Source: a virus. Taken from it: 30,913 nt of DNA. This document shows positions 21,634 to 30,507 of the stretch, in pieces. The notes under the pieces are model-generated. The model was not told the DNA's origin. It worked only from the letters and a program-made list of their open reading frames with translations, and did no database searches. The stretch is taken from positions 1-30,913 of IMG/VR virus record IMGVR_UViG_3300043775_000620; one strand, 5' to 3'. A program made the position numbers and the translations under genes. Position 1 is the stretch's first letter, and the number at the start of each line of letters is the position of its first letter.

Positions 21634-21661
21634 AAAAAAAGGGAAGGCATTTTACCTCCCC
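21634..21661 (-). terminator. Rho-independent terminator after the major capsid gene
   Basis: Minus strand GGGGAGG-TAAAATG-CCTTCCC followed by T7. Confidence 0.75.
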
Positions 21662-21685
21662 TTCTTAAAGTTAATATTTAATTAA

Positions 21686-22618
21686 TTACGCTGGAGTATA
21701 TAATACGATTTCAGAACCGATACCATATTGAACACCTGCAGTAAATCTCATAATTACATTTACAGTTTGTGCTCCTGTCACTTCTGCTTGGTCAATTAAT
21801 CTTACCTCATTCATATCATTTAGTAAACCTGTACCAAAGTATAAATTTGATTTTTGAGCAGCCATCATATAGTTGTTAGCTAATCCGTTTGCAACAAAGA
21901 TTTTAACTCCGTCAAAAGATAATGAACCATTATTAAACCATTGTGTTCCTTGTGCGTTAGTTCCGTTTGCTCCTAATCCTGAAGCTCCAAATCCACCTAA
22001 AGCACGAACGTATGCTCTTGCAACATTTTGAGAAACGTAGATATATAAATCCTCTTTTCCGTAAAGTGCAGCAGGAATAGCATCAACCACCTTACCTAAT
22101 TCAGCAATAACGTTTGAAGCAGTAACAGTTGTACCTACTACATCAACTACAGTTGCATCAGCAGTAGCTAAAGGCACAAATCCATCAAATTGCCCTGTAG
22201 TAGCGTTAGCACCTCTCCAAATTGAAACCTCCATTGATTCAGCAACTTTAGCTGAAACGTGTCCAATTAAATAATCAGCAAATGATTTTGGTAAATCTCC
22301 AAAAGCAGACATTCCCATTTCAATAGATTGCCAAGTACTTGCAAGGTCTTTTTTACATAATTCTAAATTTACTTGAAATTCTTCAGGGGTAATTACTCTT
22401 TCAGTTAAAGTAATTGTAGAAGTTGGGTCAAAAGCACAAGTCGCATTTTTTACGATAGCATCCGTTGCTAAACGTTGGATAACTGATTTGTACTTTACGT
22501 TTGGCATTACTTCAATCCCACCATTGTCGATAGTAGGTGCTGATAATAATGCAGCAGATATGTATTTCTTTGAAAACTCACCTGCATAAGTTGTTGTGAT
22601 ACTTGTTGTAGTAGCCAT
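21686..22618 (-). CDS. Major capsid protein
   Basis: 310 aa with a typical MCP composition (A/G/T/V-rich, few Cys). It is preceded by a scaffold-like gene and followed by a strong terminator, which implies high expression. Confidence 0.7.
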   Translation of the reverse strand: MATTTSITTTYAGEFSKKYISAALLSAPTIDNGGIEVMPNVKYKSVIQRLATDAIVKNATCAFDPTSTITLTERVITPEEFQVNLELCKKDLASTWQSIEMGMSAFGDLPKSFADYLIGHVSAKVAESMEVSIWRGANATTGQFDGFVPLATADATVVDVVGTTVTASNVIAELGKVVDAIPAALYGKEDLYIYVSQNVARAYVRALGGFGASGLGANGTNAQGTQWFNNGSLSFDGVKIFVANGLANNYMMAAQKSNLYFGTGLLNDMNEVRLIDQAEVTGAQTVNVIMRFTAGVQYGIGSEIVLYTPA

Positions 22619-22636
22619 TTTTTTTTATTAATTTAT

Positions 22637-23185
22637 TTAGTTAGCAATTTTACTCATTACTTTGTCGAAAGTTGTCAATACTCTATTTTGTGAGTATAAG
22701 ATTTTTTCAACGTTTGGTCTTGCATCAGGGTTATGCGTTAAAGGTTGAGCAGATAATTCTACTTCTTTAACTTCTTTCATAGACGCTAATTCTGTTTTCA
22801 ATGCTTCGATTTCAGACTTTAAAGCATCTACATCTTCTTTTGAAAAATGCGACTCTTTAACTGTTGATTCGATTACTTTTTTAGGTGCAGTAGGTTCAGC
22901 AGCTTGTTCAACTTCTACTTCTACTTCAGGAGTTTCCTCTTGTGTAGGTGTAGCTTCTTTGATTTCAGCAATTTCACCCTCAACTGCAACAACTAAAATC
23001 ATTCCGTTATCAAGAATATACTCACCTATTGGTAATGCAACTCTATCTTCACCATTAACAATAAACACGGCTTGACCTGCTTCGAACATTTCTGCTTCGA
23101 TAACAGTACCATTGTCTAAAGTCATTTGCTCTAATTGGATTTGCATCCCTAAAAGCTTTTTGATTTCTGTTAGTACGTTTGACAT
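22637..23185 (-). CDS. Putative scaffolding protein
   Basis: An acidic PE-rich linker (EETPEVEVEVEQAAEP) plus a coiled-coil C-terminus; immediately upstream of the capsid gene and preceded by the conserved motif. Confidence 0.45.
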   Translation of the reverse strand: MSNVLTEIKKLLGMQIQLEQMTLDNGTVIEAEMFEAGQAVFIVNGEDRVALPIGEYILDNGMILVVAVEGEIAEIKEATPTQEETPEVEVEVEQAAEPTAPKKVIESTVKESHFSKEDVDALKSEIEALKTELASMKEVKEVELSAQPLTHNPDARPNVEKILYSQNRVLTTFDKVMSKIAN

Positions 23186-23195
23186 ATTAATAATA

Positions 23196-23242
23196 TTTAT
23201 TTAAAAACAAGGTTTGTTTAATGTTGTTGTATTTTTTGTTAT
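23196..23242 (-). promoter_or_regulatory. Conserved upstream motif, copy 3 (ATAACAAAAAAT-N20-TTGTTTTTAAATAAA; longer spacer)
   Basis: 15-mer at 23210..23196 (minus strand), 10 nt before ATG 23185. The upstream half, 23242..23231, is identical to that of copy 4. Confidence 0.45.
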
Positions 23243-23626
23243 TTATTGTAAATCTTCAGCTATTGCTTTTTTAGCATTATTACTTAAATTAGCAACTCTT
23301 TCTATTGCATCATCATAATTTTTAGGCTGTGGTAATTTTGAAACATCAATACCTATATCTTTTGCTTTTGCTATAAAATTTGTTTTATCACTTAAAAGTT
23401 CTCTTTGAATTCTATCTAACATTTCAATAGCTTTTGGAGTTACTTTTTTAGCTTCTTGTTTCATAGCAAATATTTTATTTGCAAAATCTAAAACAACTTT
23501 ATGATTATCCTCGGCTTTTTGAAGTTGTGTTTTAATATCTGCAAAATCTGCTAATTCAATATTATGCGTTCCTAATTCTGTTTTAGTAGATAATTTACCA
23601 AATACGTTTTTTTCTTGTGGTGTCAT
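23243..23626 (-). CDS. Hypothetical helical protein (127 aa), head module
   Basis: Intact ORF between the Cys-rich small ORF and the scaffold candidate. Confidence 0.6.
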   Translation of the reverse strand: MTPQEKNVFGKLSTKTELGTHNIELADFADIKTQLQKAEDNHKVVLDFANKIFAMKQEAKKVTPKAIEMLDRIQRELLSDKTNFIAKAKDIGIDVSKLPQPKNYDDAIERVANLSNNAKKAIAEDLQ

Positions 23627-23629
23627 TTT

Positions 23630-23818
23630 TTATCCGTTTACTCTTGTTATTACTCTTACTCCATTATTTTCTGTAATGGTTACATTATCTACTCCTGTAG
23701 TTTTGCCAATTCCTTGATTTTGTAAATCGCCATTACAACATTCTTTACTATAAGTATCGTCATCACATAGACAACCACGCTTACCACCTTTTGGACTTGT
23801 TTTACTTTTTGTTTTCAT
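23630..23818 (-). CDS. Small Cys-rich basic protein (62 aa)
   Basis: KRGCLCDDDTYSKECCNG motif; overlaps the end of the protease gene by 17 nt. Confidence 0.5.
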   Translation of the reverse strand: MKTKSKTSPKGGKRGCLCDDDTYSKECCNGDLQNQGIGKTTGVDNVTITENNGVRVITRVNG

Positions 23819-24395
23819 ATTTATTTATTATTTGTTTTATTTGTTCGATAACACTCGGTTGTTTAGATAGTTGTTTCTTTTCTTCTAATTTATCAGCAAA
23901 GTAACCTTCTAAAGAAAATCCTTTTACTTTTCCCGTTTTCACGTAGTCATTCCAAATAGTATCATCTTCAACTTTTACTGAAGCCATCCACGAACCTACC
24001 GGAACTGATAAATTGTAAATTGCACTTTTATCTTTTTGCGTATCTTCTACAATCCAACTTTCAACAACAGTTAAACCTTTAATTTCTTTGTTGTGTTCTA
24101 AAGTCCAATTATTTTGATTACCATTTTTAAAGAATAATTGACTCGCTTTGTTTACTGTGTCTTTTGAAAAGTATATGTAGTACTCATCCTCTCCGTTACG
24201 TCTGTAAATAGGTTTTTCAGGAATTAAAACCGCACCCATTAAAATGCGTTTTTCCTTACTTACTTCTGCAAGTTTAATTTCTTCTGACTTTAACGCTACG
24301 AAATTAGATTCGATTGCAGGAGTTGAAACCACTGAAATAGCATCAACACCACTTAACTCATCTTTATCGTCGATAATTAATTCGATTAAATTCAT
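23802..24395 (-). CDS. XkdF-like putative prohead serine protease (Peptidase_S78_2-like)
   Basis: LMGAVLIPEKP...TLEHNK...VVESWIVE...GSWMASVKVEDDTIWNDYVKTGKVKGFSLEG follows the XkdF-family pattern. Confidence 0.65.
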   Translation of the reverse strand: MNLIELIIDDKDELSGVDAISVVSTPAIESNFVALKSEEIKLAEVSKEKRILMGAVLIPEKPIYRRNGEDEYYIYFSKDTVNKASQLFFKNGNQNNWTLEHNKEIKGLTVVESWIVEDTQKDKSAIYNLSVPVGSWMASVKVEDDTIWNDYVKTGKVKGFSLEGYFADKLEEKKQLSKQPSVIEQIKQIINKYENKK

Positions 24396-24403
24396 TTTTT
24401 TTC

Positions 24404-24438
24404 TTTATTTAAAAACAACAATTAATATTTTTTGTTAT
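24404..24438 (-). promoter_or_regulatory. Conserved bipartite upstream motif, copy 4 (ATAACAAAAAAT-N8-TTGTTTTTAAATAAA)
   Basis: 15-mer at 24418..24404 (minus strand), 8 nt before ATG 24395, downstream of hairpin 24482..24507. Confidence 0.5.
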
Positions 24439-24481
24439 ATTTGTGCTTTCCATTTTAGATTTTTTGAGTTATTAATTATTA

Positions 24482-24514
24482 AAGCCACTTACCTGAGAGA
24501 GTGGCTTTTTTTTT
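24482..24514. terminator. Stem-loop terminator between the tape measure gene and the head operon
   Basis: AAGCCACT-N10-AGTGGCTT (8 bp). A T9 run follows on the plus strand; on the minus strand an A9 run precedes it and TTTAATAATT follows. Confidence 0.55.
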
Positions 24515-24515
24515 G

Positions 24516-24530
24516 TACCCTATAAGGTAT
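24516..24530. repeat. Near-palindromic 15-mer TACCCTATAAGGTAT, copy 1
   Basis: Exact repeat of 24556..24570, spaced 40 bp away. Confidence 0.9.
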
Positions 24531-24555
24531 ATTTTAATTTAATTTGTTTACATTA

Positions 24556-24570
24556 TACCCTATAAGGTAT
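24556..24570. repeat. Near-palindromic 15-mer TACCCTATAAGGTAT, copy 2
   Basis: Exact repeat of 24516..24530; abuts the tape measure stop codon. Confidence 0.9.
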
Positions 24571-26600
24571 TATCCTAAACTTGCGTTACTTACTATATTC
24601 CTATCTAAACTTTGTTGCGTAGTTACATTATTTGCAACTACGTAAGCCTGAACAGGTTGCTGATTTCCTAACGTTTGTGCAATTTGATTTACTCCGCTAT
24701 TACCTACAACATTGAAACTTGGTGCAGGAGCGCCACCACTCGGAGTATTTGCACCACCTGCACCACCTGCTGAACCACCGCCAACTGCTGATAAGGCTTT
24801 TGCAGTTGCGGCTAAATTGGCAGCTATTCCAATACCTGTTGATATATTGTTAAAAGCTATTACAGGTGCTGCACTTGCTCCACTTGACGCAATCGCTTGC
24901 GGTGTTGCTAATGCTCCAATATTAGCTTGATTATTTGCTATAATCATTTTACCTATACCGATAGCACTTTCAGCAATAATAGCGGCCTTTTGAACACCCT
25001 TACTTTTTTCAAATAAACCTTTAAGAAGTCCTACGCCTTGTAATGCAACATCTAATCCTTGTTGTTGTATAGCGGCTTTTTGTTCCTCTTTTGCTCTTTC
25101 AATTTCAACTTCTTTATCTGCTTTTGCTTTTAAATCTTCTTGTCTTGCAATTGCTTTTTCGGCTTCTGCATTCCAATAGGCATCCTCTTTTTCTTGGTCT
25201 TCTTTTTTAAATTTATCTTGTAACTCTTTTTCTTTTGTGCGTTGTGCTTCTTTTAATGCAGTTGTATCTTTTCCGTATTTTTCCGCTTCTGCAATTAAAT
25301 CAGTATATTGCTTTTGAATTTGCAATAATTCTTCTGCTCTACGTTCCGCTTCTGTATCAATTTCACCTTGTCTAATTCTTTCAAGTGCTTCTGCTTTTTG
25401 TTTTGCTAATTCAATAGCCTTTTCATTCGCTTCTTTTTGTTTAGCTTGTGCGTCTTTAGCTGCTTGTGCGTCAATATTATTTAATGATAGTTGTAAACCT
25501 GCTTTATCATTCTTTAATTTTTCTAATCCTTTTTTAGCTTCTTTCTGAACTTCATCTGCTTTTTTTCTTTCCGCTTCGGGGTCGAAAATTAAACTTGCAC
25601 CCTTATTAATTAAATCATCAAAACCTTTAGCGAGTCCAAAATTTTGCCCTAAAGCATCCCCAACAGCATCTATACTACTTAAAAGAATAGATAAAGGCAT
25701 TTGAATAAATTTTATAATACCCGTAAGAATATCTTTGTTTCTTTGCGAAGCTGCTATTTGTGCCTTTGCAGTTATTTCGTTTTGTGCAATTTGGTTTTCA
25801 GTAGCTTTTATTACTTGGTCTGTTTGAGCAATCTTTAATTTTAAAATATCCTTTTCGCTCTTACCTTGTAACTTTAATATATTTTCTTGCCCACCTATTG
25901 CGTCAAGTTTTCCTTGTTCAGCGGTTAAATTTGTAGCCGCTAATTCATTAAGTTTTTCTTGTTCACTACTTACGCCACTTACAGCACTTTTAATGTCATC
26001 CCAATAAGCAACAACAGCACCCAAAGCTAAAACTAAAAGACCGATACCTGTTGCAGCTATTCCTGTTCTAATCCCAGCAAGTGCTACTTTAGCAGAAACA
26101 CCCAACGCCCTGAACGCTACCATTCCCTCACGTACACCACGTACACCCTCTGCAAGTGCCATAGCTCCGTTAACTTGTATTAATGCTTTTTCAAGTTGCT
26201 CACTTTGTCCGCCTGCTAAAGCCATTGCTCCCTGCACACCTGCAAAAGCAGAAGTAGCACCTTGCAAAGCACCACCTAACTTTGTGTCAAATGTAGTAGC
26301 CGCTGCATCAACAACCATATCGGTTTGCATTTGCACACGTCTATAATTACCAACCGAAGCAAGCAAATCTTTATACTCTTGACTTGCTGACTGACCTGCT
26401 AAAGCTAATTCATATAGTCTGTCCTCTGCTTCGCCCATTCGAGCAGTCAAAGGTTTTAAATCACCGTAAACTTCCTCAAAAGATGCGTTTACATCGGTTG
26501 CAGACTTATCAACTTTTTTTAGTGCCTTATCTAAATTATCTAAACCGCCTACGGCTTGGAGCGTGTTAACATCTATTTCTATTGTCTTTGTAATTGCCAT
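24570..26600 (-). CDS. Tail tape measure protein
   Basis: 676 aa. Contains Gly/Ala-rich hydrophobic segments (GIAATGIGLLVLALGAVVAYW), long K/E/A/Q coiled-coil tracts, and a G/A/S-rich C-terminus. Confidence 0.8.
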   Translation of the reverse strand: MAITKTIEIDVNTLQAVGGLDNLDKALKKVDKSATDVNASFEEVYGDLKPLTARMGEAEDRLYELALAGQSASQEYKDLLASVGNYRRVQMQTDMVVDAAATTFDTKLGGALQGATSAFAGVQGAMALAGGQSEQLEKALIQVNGAMALAEGVRGVREGMVAFRALGVSAKVALAGIRTGIAATGIGLLVLALGAVVAYWDDIKSAVSGVSSEQEKLNELAATNLTAEQGKLDAIGGQENILKLQGKSEKDILKLKIAQTDQVIKATENQIAQNEITAKAQIAASQRNKDILTGIIKFIQMPLSILLSSIDAVGDALGQNFGLAKGFDDLINKGASLIFDPEAERKKADEVQKEAKKGLEKLKNDKAGLQLSLNNIDAQAAKDAQAKQKEANEKAIELAKQKAEALERIRQGEIDTEAERRAEELLQIQKQYTDLIAEAEKYGKDTTALKEAQRTKEKELQDKFKKEDQEKEDAYWNAEAEKAIARQEDLKAKADKEVEIERAKEEQKAAIQQQGLDVALQGVGLLKGLFEKSKGVQKAAIIAESAIGIGKMIIANNQANIGALATPQAIASSGASAAPVIAFNNISTGIGIAANLAATAKALSAVGGGSAGGAGGANTPSGGAPAPSFNVVGNSGVNQIAQTLGNQQPVQAYVVANNVTTQQSLDRNIVSNASLG

Positions 26601-26722
26601 TTTACTTGGTTTTTAAATTCTTTTAAGTTATTTGGTATTTTATATTTTCCTTTTGCGATGTCGACCGCTTCACTTGTTCCCAACTTTTGGAACTCAAGCA
26701 TTTCGATAATTAGTTTAAGCAT
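26579..26722 (-). CDS. Small hypothetical protein (47 aa) between the 751-aa tail protein and the tape measure gene
   Basis: The ATG at 26722 overlaps the upstream stop (AATGCTTAA), and the 3' end overlaps the tape measure ATG. I trimmed the track's 61-aa version. Confidence 0.4.
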   Translation of the reverse strand: MLKLIIEMLEFQKLGTSEAVDIAKGKYKIPNNLKEFKNQVKWQLQRQ

Positions 26723-28970
26723 TTTGTATAATTGGTATTTGTATCGTTTCACTTGTGCCATCATTTAACGCCCATTTGCCTTTGATATATCCTATCCTTT
26801 CAGAGCCTGTTGCGTTTGCACTTATTGAAACATTAATTGTTTCGTTATCAAATTTAGTACCTAAAGTGTAACTTATCCACGCTTCATCAGGAGTTTCTAA
26901 AATTATCTTTTCCCAATCCGAAAGTAAAAGCATAGCTTCAATAGTTTGTGCTGTATTATCAACTTGGTAAAAAGATTCTAAAGAGTATCTATTGCCTATC
27001 GGAACTTCTCCAACTCGATAATCAGTAAGCAATTCCATTGTAGTCTCTCCACTTGTTAAATCGGTTGTCATTTTATTTATAGTGTACCTTTTATCACGAA
27101 TTATAATTCTATCGTTTAATTTAATATCAATCAACTCTACTGGATTGAAGTAACACTTTACAATTACTAATCTACTTTTGATATTGAAGATATTACCTAA
27201 ATAGTTTTCATAATGTCTTTTGTAAAGTCCGTTTGAAACGTTTGATAAAAACCACGTGCTTATCTCTTCACCCCAATTTAAAGTAAGAATAGTTCCGTTA
27301 TTGTAATCGTTTGAAAATCTTCTATACTGAACAATATGTTGATGACCGCCCGTTAATAAATCAATTCTAATATTTGGAGTTACGCCTTGCACTCCATTAT
27401 CGTACATTAATAATGGCTTTGGTAAGTAGTTTGCTAAATCAATCTTTTTAAAAGTAATAGTTTGAAAGTTACTATTTGACTTTCTTTCGTACATAGCATT
27501 CTCAAAAGGTAACTCTACGCTGAAAGTTGAACTTTCTAAACTATCAATTTGCTCATAGGCTAAATCCCCATAAGAGAAATTACGAGTTGACAAAAACAAT
27601 TCATCGAATTTAGTATTTAATATGTTTTCAGATTTTTGATATTTAAAATTAATGTTTTTATACATCGAAGTTTTTTTCAATTCAATGTCATCTGAAATCA
27701 CATTAGCACTTATGTCGTTATAACGCCCATTGTTGTAATATAACTCTAACGGAATTAACTCGTAGGTTGTTTCATCTTGCGGAATAATAACAAGGTTAAA
27801 CATTTTTATTAACCCTGTAATTAAATCAATTATTTTTAAGTCAGGAGCATATCCACCTATATCGATTGTACTTGCAATAGTTTGGCTTGGACTTGTTGCA
27901 GTGTATGTTATACTTGTTGCAATTCCTATATTGTAAACAAGTGTAGTTGTAAAAGAAAAACCACTTTGCGAACTTATATAAACTGAATATTTATCGTTTC
28001 TGTTTTGAGTTGTTATAGGTCCTGAAAAAAATCCACGTGTGCCACTACTTCCAACTACGTTAGTAAACGAGTTATCTAAAACTCCATTCTTATAAATTAG
28101 TATGTCGTATGGTTGCGTGCTTGCAGTTGTTACTGCTATACCTATGTATCTATTATTATTATATCCAGACCTTGTTAATAAACCTACTTCATCAGTAGCT
28201 AAATCTAATTCAGTAAAACCTGCACTACTCTTTGCAGTAAAATTCACTTTCAAAGGTGTTAACTTTTGGCTAAAACTTTCAGAGTTTTTAAACAACATCC
28301 ATAACTTTGTAAATTGTGGATAGTCTAAAAATGCACCCGTAAAATTTAAGTCATAAGTGTCCGATATCTTTTGCATAATAAAAGATAAAGGTATTGCAGG
28401 AAACAAACTATTCCATTTTATAGAACCTGTATTAATCGTTATATCGTTAGTTCCGCCTGTATTATAATCGTAAATCCTATCGTGTGCAAATAATGGATAA
28501 GATACATTGTAAGCATTGCTTGTAATTCGATTGATTACTTCAGTACTTGTAAACGTATGGTTTAAACTAGTAAAATCTAAATTAGCAAGTTTATCCTCTT
28601 TTAAAATATCTTTTATATTCTTTGCCTTGCCATAAAATACAATAGAATAGGAATCAACCATATTATCTTTATACTTCACATCGTTTAAAGCAAATGCACC
28701 ATCTCTGAAAGTACGTGTGTCAATTTCAATATATCCGTTATATTTTACCCTATGGTCAAAACCTCCATCAATACTACTTTCGTACCAATGCTTAAATATT
28801 TCATTGTTAGTAGTACTTGCTGGAATAGTGAAACTTTGTGTAAAATCAGTCTTTGCTTTTGACACATCGGCAATATCTTGAACAGATGAAGTAACGCTTA
28901 TTTTTTCGTCTTCAAATAACTCAATACGTTTAGCTATTCCATCAACATAAATGTAAAGTGCTACTATCAT
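26715..28970 (-). CDS. Large tail/baseplate structural protein (751 aa)
   Basis: The N-terminus IELFEDEKISVTSSVQDIADVSKAKTDFTQSFTIPASTTNNEIF resembles N-domains of phage tail-tip/hub proteins; the remainder is beta-rich and N/S/T/Y-rich. Confidence 0.55.
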   Translation of the reverse strand: MIVALYIYVDGIAKRIELFEDEKISVTSSVQDIADVSKAKTDFTQSFTIPASTTNNEIFKHWYESSIDGGFDHRVKYNGYIEIDTRTFRDGAFALNDVKYKDNMVDSYSIVFYGKAKNIKDILKEDKLANLDFTSLNHTFTSTEVINRITSNAYNVSYPLFAHDRIYDYNTGGTNDITINTGSIKWNSLFPAIPLSFIMQKISDTYDLNFTGAFLDYPQFTKLWMLFKNSESFSQKLTPLKVNFTAKSSAGFTELDLATDEVGLLTRSGYNNNRYIGIAVTTASTQPYDILIYKNGVLDNSFTNVVGSSGTRGFFSGPITTQNRNDKYSVYISSQSGFSFTTTLVYNIGIATSITYTATSPSQTIASTIDIGGYAPDLKIIDLITGLIKMFNLVIIPQDETTYELIPLELYYNNGRYNDISANVISDDIELKKTSMYKNINFKYQKSENILNTKFDELFLSTRNFSYGDLAYEQIDSLESSTFSVELPFENAMYERKSNSNFQTITFKKIDLANYLPKPLLMYDNGVQGVTPNIRIDLLTGGHQHIVQYRRFSNDYNNGTILTLNWGEEISTWFLSNVSNGLYKRHYENYLGNIFNIKSRLVIVKCYFNPVELIDIKLNDRIIIRDKRYTINKMTTDLTSGETTMELLTDYRVGEVPIGNRYSLESFYQVDNTAQTIEAMLLLSDWEKIILETPDEAWISYTLGTKFDNETINVSISANATGSERIGYIKGKWALNDGTSETIQIPIIQNA

Positions 28971-29995
28971 ATAACATCATTTATTAGTCCGTAGTTGTAC
29001 TCAAATTCAATTTCGTAGTTAATATTCTTATCTTTCAAATGCGTTTTAATATCAAAACTTTGACTTTTAACTATTGCAGGTTTATTATCTAATAAAACAA
29101 CCTCGCTCAACATTAAATCCTGAATTAACTCCGAATAGTTTTCATCAATCCACCCGGTATTACATTTTATCTTTTGCGTACCTTGAAAATTAAATCTTTG
29201 TTTAATGCCTTGTAATGGATTGAAATCTATTGATGAAGGTAATAGATTAAAGTCTTTAGATTTTACGTCTATGCCTTGACTATTAGCTTTAAAAAAAGTA
29301 AGATACTGCCACCCTCCAAAACGATTAATAAATGTGCAAATAATTGGAGTATATTTTGGCTCACAAAGTTGCTCTAAATAAACAGTCTTTATTGTATCTT
29401 CTTGAATTATTAGTAATTTAGTTGTATTAGTTTTTATAGGAACTTTATACATATTTGCATCATCTCCAGCTTCTACTATTGTTGAAGTATCTATTAAAGT
29501 ATTTCCATTATACCATTCAACTATAGTATCAAATTCTTCTGCAGTATCAATCCATACGTTTAAATAATATCCGCTTATTGTATTGTAATATATTTTTTGA
29601 TTTCCACTTAACCCTATAACACCATCTTCATTTATTTGATTGTAGCCACCCGAATATTGAGTATATCCGTTTAAGCAAACATAAACCTCATCTAATACTT
29701 CAACATTATCTGAATAACTTATAACACGCATATAACACCACGTATTTACATTTTCTTCAGTAGGTACAGATACGCTAACTGGTGCAATAGGTTTAATGAA
29801 AGACTTTGCTAAATTAGAAACATTCCAAGATAACTTTGTTTGTGTTGGACTTGGTATTTGTTTTGTAAAAGTATAGTTTGGAGTTGTAGGTTCTGTCGTA
29901 TCCTTATTCCACAAAAACACTTCTATCTTTGCCGAAGTTTGCCCTACCTCATCAACTTCAATAAAATACGGACTTCTAATAAATATCTTTTTCAT
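28967..29995 (-). CDS. Tail structural protein (342 aa)
   Basis: Beta-rich ORF coupled to the neighbouring tail genes by 4-nt overlaps. No family recognised. Confidence 0.5.
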   Translation of the reverse strand: MKKIFIRSPYFIEVDEVGQTSAKIEVFLWNKDTTEPTTPNYTFTKQIPSPTQTKLSWNVSNLAKSFIKPIAPVSVSVPTEENVNTWCYMRVISYSDNVEVLDEVYVCLNGYTQYSGGYNQINEDGVIGLSGNQKIYYNTISGYYLNVWIDTAEEFDTIVEWYNGNTLIDTSTIVEAGDDANMYKVPIKTNTTKLLIIQEDTIKTVYLEQLCEPKYTPIICTFINRFGGWQYLTFFKANSQGIDVKSKDFNLLPSSIDFNPLQGIKQRFNFQGTQKIKCNTGWIDENYSELIQDLMLSEVVLLDNKPAIVKSQSFDIKTHLKDKNINYEIEFEYNYGLINDVI

Positions 29996-30507
29996 TTCTT
30001 ATTAATTGTATATTGTAAAAATTGTTCAACATCCAAACCATACGCTTCAATTAATTCATCAGGCAAACGTTCAAATGCTTTCTCAAATGGTTTAGTAAAA
30101 AATAAACTCGGTTTAATACCATTCTTAAAAATACCTTTCGTAATTAAAAAAGCAGTTGATTTGTAACTCATAAATTTACCATTTTCTTTGTTACGAAATT
30201 GAAATCTTCTTTTTGTTACCCAATCTTGTATCGGTTTCAAAGGCGGTCTTTTGCTTTTATAACTAAATGGTGTGTCGTATTTCTTTTGCGTTCCTGAAAC
30301 CCCTTTGTCTTGGTAAGCTCCGTAATCTTCCATTAAAAAAGCCATTCTAAAACTATTAGCACCTACTTCAATTTCTTTATCTAAAGAGTTGTAAAGTTTC
30401 TTATCTACGTTTTTACCTTGCTTTGTTAAATTGCTCCTACTTTGTTGGATCACATATTTAGCAAATGCGTTTAAATACTCTTTTGTATTTTTATTATCTA
30501 ATTGCAT
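29992..30507 (-). CDS. Putative tail-completion / HK97 gp10-like protein (171 aa)
   Basis: Size, position and an N-terminal FAKYVIQQSRSNLTKQGKNVDKKLYNSL pattern loosely fit gp10-like proteins. Confidence 0.35.
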   Translation of the reverse strand: MQLDNKNTKEYLNAFAKYVIQQSRSNLTKQGKNVDKKLYNSLDKEIEVGANSFRMAFLMEDYGAYQDKGVSGTQKKYDTPFSYKSKRPPLKPIQDWVTKRRFQFRNKENGKFMSYKSTAFLITKGIFKNGIKPSLFFTKPFEKAFERLPDELIEAYGLDVEQFLQYTINKK

